NCBI RefSeq assembly: GCF_964355755.1
Contig: NC_092677.1
Coordinates: 11,678,101-11,742,100, forward strand
DNA from: Antedon mediterranea
Lineage: Eukaryota; Animalia; Echinodermata
Direction: 5' to 3'
Length of the DNA stretch: 64,000 bases
Shown here: positions 1-12,292 of the stretch, piece after piece
Numbering within the stretch: position 1 is the stretch's first letter
Layout of the letters: each line of letters opens with the position of its first letter
Program-made: the position numbers and the translations under genes
The notes under the pieces: generated by a model
The model's database searches: none
Seen by the model: only the letters and a program-made list of their open reading frames with translations
What the model was told of the DNA's origin: nothing

Positions 1-129
1 ACAGACAGACTGATCAAAAGGCGGTGGTAATATTAATGGAAAAATAAATATTTCTTTTATTCCTGTCCACTCAGGCAGCGCTTGCCTGATATATCTATCT
101 ATCTTTGTCCAAGTACTGTACCTTCACTT

Positions 130-166
130 GCACTGATGAAGGGCTAGTGTTGCCTGAAAGCTCTGC
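130..166 (+). ncRNA. Minimal type I hammerhead ribozyme motif in a probable Penelope-like pseudo-LTR remnant (about 92-300), NAE1 last intron
   Basis: GCA-CTGATGA-a-GGGC-tagtgtt-GCCT-GAAA-GCTC-TGC: intact CUGAUGA/GAAA core, stem II GGGC/GCCT, palindromic AGCT stem III, stem I GCA/TGC. Confidence 0.7.
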
Positions 167-360
167 TAACTTTTCTGGCTGTTTTACTTCATCGTTTTGA
201 TTTAGCTTTGTGCTTTTTTTCTTGTTTGTATCTCCATTGAGATCCAGCCACTGATACCCACAGCATTGTCATTTTTTCAGTGTTTTGCCTTTGGATTTAT
301 ATAACTATTAGAGACTGTATATTTTTGGAAAATTTAAATTTACAACACGTCTTTTTATAG

Positions 361-520
361 GTGTCGATATGGAGCTTGTGAACTTCACTCGGTTGCCTCG
401 TTCATGGGAGGAGTTGCAGCGCAAGAAGTTATCAAAATTGTAACCAATCAGTTTGTCCCATTTAACAACACATACCTTTACAATGCTATGACAACTACTT
501 CAGCAACTTTCCAACTTTAA
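361..520 (+). CDS. NAE1: NEDD8-activating enzyme E1 regulatory subunit (APPBP1), last coding exon only
   Basis: After the ttttatag acceptor it reads [52 protein letters not shown], matching the recalled NAE1 C-terminus ([31 protein letters not shown]...SATFQL). Not in the ORF track. Confidence 0.9.
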
Positions 521-947
521 ACATTTAGAACAAAAGAACTGTGCTAAAAAGAATTAAGAGAAACGTTTAATTGAAAAGACTTTTACATAATTATGTAAGA
601 ATGATGTTTCATGTGACAACTGTAAAAACAAGTAGTTTGGGCGAAGCGACAATAAAATAATAGGCTATATTATAGAGTATTATTGGGTTCCTCAATTTTT
701 CATTCGCAACCAGTTACAGTTTGTTTTTTATTTGTTATGTTATATAGGCCTTGCTATTTGTTAATAAATGATCGATCGGACGGAATCGCCTTTTGCATAT
801 TCATGTTAAATATTTATTAATACAGCGCCCTCTCTAGTTTATTTGAGAAAAGAATTCCGTCGTCTGCTGTTTTTTAACGTGCGAAACCAACCCAAGTCGA
901 CGAAAAAGTGTGTGCCGGTTTATTAATTTACTACAGTACTACAAACT

Positions 948-3900
948 ATGGCTTTTGATGGACACGATCTAAATGATTATCTACAGTCTGCAATAAATGT
1001 AGCAAAGGCTGGTGGAGAGGTTCGTTAAAAATAATATATTATTACCTAACCTACTGACTGGGTGGGCTAGCTAGGCCCGGCTTTCTTTTTTAGACTAGCT
1101 AGCTAGCTAGAGCCTCTAGGCTACTAGGCCTAGCCTACTTAGTAGTACTACCTAGCAGACCTGATAGTAGGCCTAGGCTAGCCTAGCCCGTTTAGTTTAC
1201 CTACCACCACTCTCTCTCTAGCTTAGTTAAAGCCCAATGTCCTACTAAGGACTAGGCCCAGTAGCAGTTCAGAGTAAGCCAAGCGTATGATCGGAGCCGG
1301 TTAGCCAGCAGTTCTTCTCCCCTCCCGGCCCCACACAGATATATGATTTATTATAGTTTCAGTAGGGCTTAACCGGTTTTATTTTAATATAAATACTTTT
1401 GGCTGTCTTTTTATTATTATTAGCTCATCATAGAAACATTCTACAAAGAAAAATCTATTGAGACAAAGTCATCATCAGCTGATTTGGTAACTGAGACTGA
1501 CAAAGCAGTTGAAAAACTTATTTTTTCTACATTAAAAAATAAATATCCTCAACATAGGTAAGTGTGGGTCCCACACACACTCTTGGACTTACGGTAATTA
1601 ATAATAGCATTATTCTTTCAGAAATGCGTTTAATGAATATAATAATAAATTTGTATCATCAGTTTCAGTGATCTTATAGACAAATTCTGGTTTTGGAAAA
1701 TTGTGGCATATGGTATAATAAATGAATGCATTCATTGTCCATAACACTGTACTTTTGTGTGAATGAGCATCTGGTCGATTACAAAGTTGTTTTAGTGGTT
1801 GCTTTTTTGTTTAATTATTAATTAAATTTCTGAATAATTTTTAATTGAATATTTATGTTTTGATATTTGCTCACTATGTAAATGTTTTTTTTTATAGTTT
1901 TATAGGTGAAGAGTCAGTCAGTGACGGCGAGGCTGTTGAGTACACAGACAATGCAACATGGATGGTTGACCCTGTGGATGGAACGTGTAACTTTGTCCAC
2001 AGGTACCAAAGCTATGTCTACATTTACATTATCAAACTTTAACTTTTACTTTTAATTTAGCATTTACATATATATACTAAAGACTTAATATAATTAAGTT
2101 ATTCTTTTAAGATATTAACTTTAGGTATTCTGGTCATCTATATTATTTATATTATTTGTAATAATTAGTCACTAGTTGAAGGTACACACCTAATTGGTGA
2201 CAGTGGCTTAGGCTGATTTTGTACTTTCCTGGCAGCTAGTGACTATGATTTTATATTTTTTTCTTGCATTTTGTTTGTTTAATTTGTTGATTTGTATTAT
2301 ATTTGGTAAAAATGTATCTTTTGCCTGAATAAATAATAATAATTGTATGACCCACTATACGACCCCCAGAAGAGGTGCACCGTTTGTCCGATATACTAGT
2401 TTTCATGATAAAGTGGATGGTAAAGTGATGGACATTGACACACCATTGTTCATTGATGTGACCTACAGTACCATGTAGTTTTTTATGCACCCCGGCATCA
2501 ATAATTATTTGTAAATACCGTAAAGTGGGTTATACAATTGGCAAGTGCATAAAGGAGTTAGAAAAAAGTTGGTTACAATTTGTTATTTCTTCTGTAGTTT
2601 TCCCACTGTTGCAGTATCCATTGGGTTAACAATCAACAAGCAAGCTGTTGTTGGAGTTGTATACAATCCTATATTAAATGAAATGTATACAGCGATCAAA
2701 GGAGGAGGTGCTTTTCTTAACAATAAACCTATCAAAGTTTCTGGTCAAACAGGTTTGTAGTCCATGAACTATAGAACTCTAACGGAACACCCAACAAAGC
2801 TAAACAAAGGTGTCCCCTGAATAGAGGTTGTAATGTTAAAATTCACATTATCCGTTTTACAGTAAAGTATCCCATGTTCCTAAGGAAGAGTATATACTGC
2901 TATATTATACCTAATATATTATCATACCTGTTTTACTACATCCTCGGGTATAATCCCACTTTGGGGCTAATCCCACTCCCTAGTACTTTATGTCTGATTT
3001 CACAAACAGACATATCCCTGGCTATAGTCTCAGTATTGACTTTTGGTCAGGATGTAGGCCGCTCTAGCCAGTTCAGATGAGTTTTTACAAGAAATGCTTA
3101 CCAATCATTTTTTTCTTGAACCAGGCTTTCCCTGGATATAGGCCCACCCTCCAAAGTTGGCCAAACTTTGTATTCTAGAGGGTGGGATTATAACAGAGGA
3201 TATATCATTTGACTTCTTGTTTAGAACTTTGTAAAAGTTTGATCATACATGAACTTGGAAGTGGGAGAGAAGCTGATAAGATGGAGATAAACAGGCAGAA
3301 TATACACAGAGTTGTACAGGAAGGAAAAGTACATGGGTAAGGGGTATTGCTAAACCCCTGCAAACCTCCAAAAAAACATAGCAAACCCCACCGAACCAAC
3401 ATAAAAGGGATTGATTCATGGAGTGTACAACCCACTGGGTATATAAAATATTAAATTTCTACTGTTAACTACTTATTTTTGGGGTAAAACATAATTTTTT
3501 GGTTAAAAATTAGCAATCATTTTTTACCAAATAATGATGTTTTACCCTAAAAATAAGTAGTTAACAATAGAAATTTAATTAAACTCAATCACTTTTATGT
3601 TGGTTCGGTGGGGTTTGCTATGGTTTTTTTTAGGTTTGCGGGGTTTAGCAATACCCTATGGGTAAGTTCAGGCAATGTATTCCAGGTGTTTTTATATTAT
3701 TCATTCACATTTATATTAAACTGTCAAAGAAAAAAAAAAACAAGCATACATTTATAATAACTTAAATGATATCAATAATAGGAGCTGTTTCAAGGATCAA
3801 AGTAAAAGAACTTATCTTATACCAACCCATTAAAAATGACAAATAAACAACTGCATGACATATCATTTGTTAATGTTAGATTATATAAATAATTATCATA

Positions 3901-4917
3901 TAAAAATCATGTTTCAAATATTTCATTTAACAAATACAAATTTAACTACAGTATACTCACAATTCACTTATGGACTACACCCAAACTCATTGTAAAAGTT
4001 TATGGTATAATTGTTGTGCTTCAGCTAAATTTGTAATATAATGTAACATCACACTGTAACAAGAAATATCTTATCCTCTTTAGTACACGTTCTATGGGTT
4101 CTGCTGCCCTCAATATGTCTTTCGTTGCGCGTGGAGCTGCCGAAGCGTACTTTGAATATGGCCTACATTGTTGGGATTATTGCGCGGCTACAATAATCGT
4201 TCAGGAAGCCGGCGGCTGTGTACGGGATCCTGGCGGTAAGTTTTAGCTTCTTTCCTCTTGACTGTAGGGTTCAAACTACATCTGGGTTGCTAGGTCCTAT
4301 TGATGTGTGAATTTAGAACGCGAGGTTTGGCAGAATCAAGCAAGTGTGAAGGTCCATATCCCTGTGACAAATTTAGGATAGGAATAATAATTAGAAAAAG
4401 CCTAACAATTTAAAAAACGAAATGTTGAATATTCTATCTATTGCACTTTCGAGATGGAAACAAGTAACCCCTGATTGTGAAAAGGTGGTCAGAGCTGGTG
4501 TATGGCTCTATTTTGGGCAGGTTTTTATTGTCGTAATAAACAATAATTGGAGTGGTGTTGTAGCTTGGTGCTTATGCTGCTTGGCTACAAATCCAAGGGT
4601 CCTGGGTCAAGTCCTGTCAGTGTCAGGAGTTTGTCTAATGACAATTTATAACTCCGCTTTGTTTATTTAGAGCATCTTGTGTATGTTTGTCTTGTGAACA
4701 GGATTGCCACCTTTAAGAAGGATAGTGAATGAATTCGCTTATGATTTTCCTTCTTGGCAATTTGCCTAAAATAAAGAGAATTGAATTGCATTTGAATATC
4801 CTTGTTTTAGGCGGTGAAGTTGATTTAATGGCGCGTCGTGTGATAGGTGGAAGCAGTGTCAAGATAGTGGAAGACATCAGCAAGTTGCTAACACCTATTG
4901 AATTTGAAAGAGATTAG
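948..4917 (+). CDS. IMPA1: Inositol monophosphatase, 7 exons (948-1019, 1424-1557, 1898-2002, 2598-2752, 3225-3336, 4084-4235, 4811-4917)
   Basis: Motifs [50 protein letters not shown]; GT-AG introns with consistent phases. Confidence 0.93.
2938..3203. mobile_element. MITE-like element with imperfect terminal inverted repeats
   Basis: Left catcctcgggtataatcccac pairs with right gtgggattataacagaggatat. Confidence 0.5.
3342..3656. mobile_element. Foldback MITE (Mutator-like) inserted at the IMPA1 exon 5 donor
   Basis: Long TIRs gggtattgctaaacccc...ccgaaccaacataaaa and their inverse, further internal inverted arms, flanked by the direct repeat atgggtaag (3333-3341; 3658-3666). Confidence 0.8.
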
Positions 4918-5655
4918 ATTATTTTACTTTAATTAATCACTATGTGATGATTACATTATTTTATATGTGGGTTCAAAATATTTTTACTTTGTGATTTAAA
5001 AAAAACTTGTATCTTTCGTGATAATTTATTGTTACTGAGATTTAGGAGGCAGTGTTCACACCGAAAACAAATTGTGTTCTATAATGAAAAACAATTTAAA
5101 ATATCAGTTATTTCTAAGTGATAATATGTAACTATGAAAAGTTTATATTTTATATTACGGTAATAATACATTGTTGTATTTTTAGCTGGAGGGATGGTGT
5201 ACTACTTTTGTAAAGATTGTTAAATATTATTAAAAGATTGCCTGTACCACGTTTACAACGTGGCATCGTACGTGCCTAAAATTTAAATCTCATTTTAGGT
5301 GTAGTCTATGTTCTAGACGGCGATTCGGCTTGATATTGGTTAGAAATATTAATTTTTGCACACAGTCATGGCGTGTCATACGTATACTTTAAATTGTTAC
5401 AGACAAACATCATAGGCCGCCTTTATTACAGAAAATCATTTCATTGAATGCTACAATACCTTATCACAAAAATGCGGGGCAATATATTTTGGTAGAATGT
5501 TTTACACTTTTTGTACTTGATAACAGATGTTAATTGTATGTGTATAGGGTTTTAGTGGATGTAAGATGTATTAATTCGAAAATAAATGATTTAAAATCCT
5601 TGTAAGTTGGCTCAAGTGTATGGGTATTGAAGAAATCAGTCAGTCGATTTAGTAA

Positions 5656-5903
5656 AGGGTTTTTCACACCTGTTCCGGCACGGCGGCGGCGGCAAATAAA
5701 ATAGAACGTCAATGTTTGACACGGCTACGCGCATGTCGATATTGGCGCGCCATGGCCGCGTGGAGAGCGTCATGAAAACCATGGAGGTATAATACCTCCA
5801 TGTGAAAACGAACTATTTGACGTTCGATTTGATTTTCCGGCGCCCCCCCCCCCCCCTCGGCGGAGGAAAAAGGAACCGTGACGGAACAAGTGTGAAAGAC
5901 CCT
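5656..5903. mobile_element. PIF/Harbinger (Tourist-like) MITE
   Basis: TIR agggtttttcacacctgttccggcacgg / ccgtgacggaacaagtgtgaaagaccct with TAA on both sides; degenerate relative at about 29345-29535. Confidence 0.75.
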
Positions 5904-6328
5904 TAAATTATGTTAATAGTGGTTAAAGTGACCAATGACAGACATAATACGGTACTATTTCAATTTACTGTATACAGAAGCTTTGTGTTGTCGCATTATA
6001 AATGATTATTCATTGACACAATGGCGACCGACTAAGAAAATGTAGCAAGTACTGTAAGAATAGATAGAAACTATATCCAATGGTATGGTGGAAAGTTTAC
6101 CTGCACGCACGTCACCCCATCGATCGAAACTGTAACATAATGAACGGTCCATTACTTTCTGATGAAAGCAATCATGTTTTCTAACTGTTACAGAAATTGC
6201 ATTATTATTAACCTCCACTTAAACCCCCTCACCATATACAAAATGTTAAGAAAACCAAAAACACGTTTTATTATCACAAAATTGTATAGTGTTAATTGAT
6301 TAATTAATTATTACGTAACAAGAAGACG

Positions 6329-7499
6329 TCAAAACGTGGTGCGGCTTTCGTCTTGTCTTGCAGGGCACATCGAGCAGCATTGTAACGAATTTGTAACTTC
6401 TGGACTAAAACTACCAGATTCATTAGATGTAAGATCAATATCTGACTTTTTAATAAGACCCTTTCTTTCCAAGATATCGATAACATTTCGAACTGTCTTC
6501 CGCTTGGTCTCTGCAATAAGTTTCTCAAAAGAGTCCAAATCTAGTTCAATTGTTTTTTGGTCGGCGTCTTCTAAATCCTCTCCTCTCTGCTGCCTATTGA
6601 TAGCCATCATCGTCCTGACGTTTATAACCCAAAGAGAGCCACAGAAAAACGCGTGTGCAATTAATGATAACACAAGCAAGGTCTGACCAACAGAAGGCTG
6701 TAACAGCATGTTGTATAACAGAAACACAAATGTTGACGCGATCCCTGCAAACAATGTCCATCCAAAGGTATCTTCTATGTTTGACTGTTCGTCAATGTCT
6801 TCTTCTGGTTGTAATATAGAACATTGTGTATAACAATCCATTCCATCGGCGGAGGCGGCGTCGGGAAGTGAAGGAGGGGTCTTATCTTCGTCTGGTGTGG
6901 ACAGCAGACTCATTATCGTGCTACGGTCTCTGGTGAGTACTGGTTCTTCAGCGTCTTCTGTGTTTACACCAACATCATGTTTAGCAGGTTTTTGTGCTCG
7001 TCTCTTCAATTCCAAATACATCGGTACGTCTTTCACCTGTGTGAGCAAAGGCATTCAATATTTCAAAGTCAATCCTTTGAAGCAACACGTCATGCCTAAC
7101 TCTAGAGACCTAGGCCTAGTCAATCCTTAGAATCTACACATGCCTAACTAGAGACCTTGGTCAAATTCAAATTCTCTTTTATTAATCCTTTCGGAAATTC
7201 ATTGCTCGTTTTACAAATATATAAAAATGTATAACAATATAAAAGATAAACAATTTACAAAACAAGAGAACCCCACAAAATATGAGGTCTGTGTTAAGTC
7301 AACACGAGATAAAAAAAAAAATCAGAATCAGTGGAGTAACTTCTCATACTGTACTTACATCCAATATAATTGCACCGTTTTCCATTCGTGTTATTCTTGA
7401 TAATTCTCTATTTTTCTTACGCGTAAAAAATCTTTTAAACGATTTTTTGCGTGACTTTTTTCCTTGCTGCTTCAAATCCCCCTCTGATTCGTTCTCCAT
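6329..7499 (-). CDS. Uncharacterised two-TM membrane protein, copy 1 (exons 7499-7359 and 7036-6329; about 282 aa)
   Basis: Exon 1 MENESEGDLKQQGKKSRKKSFKRFFTRKK...AIILD ends at gtaagt; acceptor ctttgctcacacag precedes VKDVPMYLELKRR in phase 0; two hydrophobic helices (WTLFAGIASTFVFLLYNMLL; TLLVLSLIAHAFFCGSLWVI). Confidence 0.65.
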
Positions 7500-8972
7500 T
7501 TTTTCAAGTTTAAGTATTATAGCTAGTAATTATGCACTGTTATATTAGAAATCAACGTTTCTGAACAATAGTACAATAACTGTGCCGTATTTGTGTTGCT
7601 AGGGAACCTTTGGAATGCGCAAACGTTACATAGCTACGCGAATGCGCTGCACATAATTATCAGCGTATATGTTTTCTGGGTGACGTATCGGCGCGTTATA
7701 TCACGCAGTCCGGCATTCGGCGCTGTGTATCACACCACCACACCCAGCAGAGTCATTTAATGGCTCTGCCACCAATGACCAATCTATGCCGGCCACACAC
7801 AAACTGCGCTTGGGAATATTCTATTTTTATTGTAGGGGAGGGCCTATTCACAAAATGTACATACTACAGTTTAAACAATTACAAAAGAATAAAATAAAAT
7901 TAAGATAGTTTATTGTACCAAAGTGTAAATTTCCATTTTGTCATATTAATTATAATTACGTCATAGTGTCAATAACGCTTGGGAATATTCTATTTTTATT
8001 GTAGGGGTGGGCCTATACACAAATGTGCATACTACAGTTTAACAAATTACAAAAGAATAAATTTAAGATAGTTTATTGTACCAATATAAAAGTGTAAATT
8101 ACCATAAAGTCATATTAATTATATTACGTCATAGTGTCGTTAACTATACAACCTCATTTTGCTGTGTATTTTTTTTTTTTTTTTTTTTTTTTTTGCCCAT
8201 TCATTACTCTTTGATTATGAAAGAACAGGGTACAGTACATCTTAGTATAATACTGGCCATCATTTTATCTGAGTATCAGAATTAATTAGCAACAACTTCA
8301 ATGCTTTTACATTAATTTAGAAAATCTTTCAGTAAATTTCTCTCCAATTTATATACATTTTCATTAGAAACAACGAATATCCATAATATGTAAAACCTCT
8401 GTTGTTATGTAAATATAAAATTTTATACAAAAGTAATAAAATTAATCCGGCCATTATTGGTTGTATTTAATATAACACATGTGTACTGTACTGTAGGGTA
8501 TACATAATATAGTACTCTTTCAATTTAAGTTTTGTATTTTATATAGAAACCTAAATTGATGTGTATTCGCATAATAAATGAGTATTCATTGACCCAATGG
8601 CGACTGACTGAAAATGGTACCAAAAGTCCAGTAAGTAAGAATGGATAGAAATATATGTCCTTATCAATGGTACTTTATCGTTTCGAAAGTTTACCTGTAC
8701 GCGCGCCCACGTACGTCACCGCTGTATCGAAACTGTGACATAATGAAACCCATTACTTTCTGCTGAAGCAATCATGTTTTCTAACCGTTACAGAAATTGC
8801 ATTCTTAACCCAACCCTCTCTTAAGCCCCCTCACCATATAAAAAAAGTTAAGAAAACCAAATTGTTTAAAAAAATGTTTATTTTCACAAAATTGTATAGT
8901 GTTGCAAATTAATTATTACGTAACAAGAACACGTCACAACGTGGTGCGGCTTTCGTCTTGTCTTGCAGGGCA

Positions 8973-10103
8973 TCATTGTAACAAATTTGTAATTTCTGGA
9001 CTAAAACTACCGGATTCATTAGATGTCAGATCTATCTCTGACTTTTTAATAAGACCCTTTCTTTCCAAGATATCAATAACATTTCGAACTGTCTTCCGCT
9101 TGGTCTCTGCAATAAGTTTCTCAAAAGAGTCCAAATCTAGTTCAATTGTTTTTTGGTGGTCGGCGTCTTTTAAATCGGGTTCTCCTCTCTGCTGCCTATT
9201 GATAGCCATAATCTTCCTGACGTTTATAACCCAAAGAGAGCCACAGAAAAACGCGTGTGCAATTAATGATAACACAAGCAAGGTCTGACCAACAGAAGGT
9301 TGTAACAGCATGTTGTATAACAGAAACACAAATGTTGACGCGATCCCTGCAAACAATGTCCATTCAAAGGTATCTTCTATGTTTGACTGTTCGTCAATGT
9401 CTTCTTCTGGTTGTAATATAGAACATTGTGTATAACAATCCATTCTATCGGCGGGGGCGGCGTCGGCGGCGGGAAGTGAAGGAAGAATCTCATCTTCGTC
9501 TGGTGTGGACAGCAGACTCATTATCGTGCTACGATCTCTGGTGAGTACTGGTTCGTCAGCGTCTTCTGTGTTTACACCAACATCATGTTTAGCAGGTTTT
9601 TGTGCTCGTCTCTTCAATTCCAAATACATTGGTACGTCTTTCACCTGTGTGAGTAAAGGCATTCAATATTTCAAAGTCAATCCTTTGAAGCATGCAACAC
9701 ATGCCTAACTCTAGAGACCTAGTCAATCCTTTGAAGCTACACATGCCTAACTAGAGACCTAGGTCAAATTGAAATTCTCTTTTCTTAATCCTTTCGGAAA
9801 TTCATTGCTCGTTTTACAAATATATAAAAATGTATAACAATATAAAAGATAAACAGTTAACAAAACAAGAAGAGAACCCCACAAAATATGAGGTCTATGT
9901 TAAGTCAACACGAGATAAAAAAAAATCAGAATCAGTGGAGTAACTTCTCATACTGTACTTACATCCAATATAATTGCACCGTTTTCCATTCGTGTTATTC
10001 TTGATAATTCTCTGTTTTTCTTACGCGTAAAAAATCTTTTAAACGATTTTTTGCGTGACTTTTTTCCTTGCTGCTTCAAATCCCCCTCTGATTCGTTCTC
10101 CAT
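8973..10103 (-). CDS. Uncharacterised two-TM membrane protein, copy 2 (exons 10103-9963 and 9644-8973; about 270 aa, C-terminally shorter)
   Basis: Same exon structure as copy 1; frame kept through in-frame indels; small deletion near the end gives an earlier stop (LLQ*). Confidence 0.6.
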
Positions 10104-11104
10104 TTTTTCAAGTTTAGGTATTATAGCTAGTAATTATGCACTGTTATATTAGAAATCAACGTTTCTGAGTACAATAACTGTGCCGTATTTGTGTTGCTAG
10201 GGAACCTTTGGAATGCGCAAACGTTACATAGCTACGCGAATGCGCTGCACATAATTATCAGCGTATATGTTTTCTGGGTGACGTATCGGCGCGTTATATC
10301 ACGCAGTCCGGCATTCGGCGCTGTGTATCACACCACCACACCCAGCAGAGTCATTTAATGGCTCTGCCACCAATGACCAATCTATGCCAGCCACACACAA
10401 ACTGCGCTTGGGAATATTCTATTTTTATTGTAGGGGTGGGCCTATTCACAAAATGTGCATACTACAGTTTAACAAATTACAAAAGAATAAATTTAAGATA
10501 GTTTATTTTACCAATATAAAAGTGTAAATTACCATAAAGTCATTAATTATATTACGTCATATTGTCGTTAACTATACAACCTCATTTTGCTGTGTATCTT
10601 TGTTTTTTTTTGGTTTTTTTTGTGCCCATTCATTACTCTTTGATTATATGAAAGAACAGGGTACAGTACATCTTAGTATAATACTGGCCATCATTTTATC
10701 TGAGTATCAGAATTAATTAGCAACAACTTCAATGCTTTTACATTAATTTAGAAAATCTTTCAGTAAATTTCTCTCCAATTTATATACATTTTCATTAGAA
10801 ACAACGAATATCCATAATATGTAAAACCTCTGTTGTTATGTAAATATAAAATTATATACAAAAGTAATAAAATTAATCCGGTCATTATTGGTTGTATTTA
10901 ATATAACACATGTTTACTGTACTGTAGGGCCTCTTTATTTACAGTCGTAATTATTTAAATTATAATTAAATTACATTTAAATTTCTATTATTAATTTAAA
11001 ATATACTCGTAATTATTATGCCAAGGCCTTGTGCATTGTTGTATAGTTGTGCTCCATTCTCTACTTTGTTCATATGTACATGTAGAAGTGTACAATAATT
11101 GTAA

Positions 11105-11260
11105 AGCTCTACACTATCAAACTGGTTTGAAAAAAAAGTGTAATGTACCCAAATATGGTAGTGATATGCCTAAATATGGTAGTGATATGCCTAAATATGG
11201 TAGTAATATGACATCATCATGTCTATATATGGGCACATTACATGGAGTAGACAGAGCTTA
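11105..11260. mobile_element. High-copy short MITE family (TIR agctctgtctacactatcaaact, TAA/TTA-flanked, Harbinger-like), representative copy
   Basis: Related copies at about 12508, 12668, 13058, 17504, 18286, 19723, 28265, 32869, 35956, 54810 and 56035; internal unit cccaaatatggtagtgatatg varies in copy number. Confidence 0.85.
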
Positions 11261-11356
11261 AGTTGTTTTTGAAGATTGGAAAAGAAATGTGTATAAAATC
11301 AGTACAAAATTGACAATACAGTGCCTATGAATATGAACTATAACACACCTGATCGT

Positions 11357-11600
11357 ATTCTTGCAATTTGATTGGTTAATTATGCATCACATGACATTTT
11401 GGAATTACCCATACCTAACGGAAACGGATATTACATCACAAGTAACCCCATCATGAATTCCCCTAAATAAATAATATGAAAATACAATTCTTGCAATTTG
11501 ATTGGTTAATTACGCATCACATGACATTTGGAATTAGCCCTACCTAACAGAAAAGTATATTACATTAGTAACCCAATCATTAATTCACCTAAATCAATAT
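11357..11600. repeat. Two-copy tandem repeat of about 130 bp
   Basis: attcttgcaatttgattggttaatta(t/c)gcatcacatgacattt at 11357 and 11487. Confidence 0.7.
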
Positions 11601-12011
11601 GAAAATAACCACAATTAAAGGAAAATAAATAAAAGCTATATACTCTACACCCCCACTCAAACTTTCTAGGCCCAATATGATAGTAACTGCATCATAGATT
11701 AATTAAAGTCTCAGTGTTACCTTTACTTATTTTTAGTGATACCACATACTCATGCACGATTGAGGGCCTAGGCATTTCCAACACAATACCAGCTTTCTGC
11801 CCCAGCAAGGTGCTAATTCACAGTAGCGTTTATTTGGTCATATTTAGCATTCATTCTCACTCTAGTTTTATAGATGGAATCATTTCATATCATATTTTCT
11901 GTTGTACCAGGTAAGTACCTTTCTCTGGTTGTACGATTGCTTTTGAAACGAACAGTATAGGGATATTTGTTCCACTACACACTTCCTCTATCTAGTAGTA
12001 CTTCAAGGTAA

Positions 12012-12255
12012 CATGTTGAGCCGTAAAACGTGAAAATGATATTCATATTTGTAGAATTTCTTTTCCACATTTATGGTGAAAACTGATCATTTTTACATTA
12101 AATGGCATGATGTTTGCACATTAGTGATTATAAATTTATACAGATTTGCACATTTGAGAGTGCCATGTTTGCACAAATGTCATGGTTAAGTTGTACATTT
12201 GAGGGCAACATGTTTGCACAAATGTGACTTTTTGCACATTTTTCCGTCTCAACAT
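12012..12255. mobile_element. MITE-like element with internal subrepeats
   Basis: Termini atgttgagccgtaaaa / ttttccgtctcaacat; repeated atgtttgcaca units. Confidence 0.5.
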
Positions 12256-12292
12256 AAATTAATTTACACCATTGTTTGTATATTACTTTGGT

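Larger units (their letters stand above)
6007..10929. repeat. Tandem segmental duplication: copy 1 about 6007-8498, copy 2 about 8583-10929
   Basis: Near-identical colinear sequence including gene, intron and upstream region; copy 1 has an extra internal duplication of about 170 bp (7807-8140). Confidence 0.92.

Noticed and set aside
6336-9708. Plus-strand ORFs (6336-6686, 6897-7130, 8899-9288, 9505-9708)
   Set aside because: Antisense shadows of the duplicated minus-strand gene
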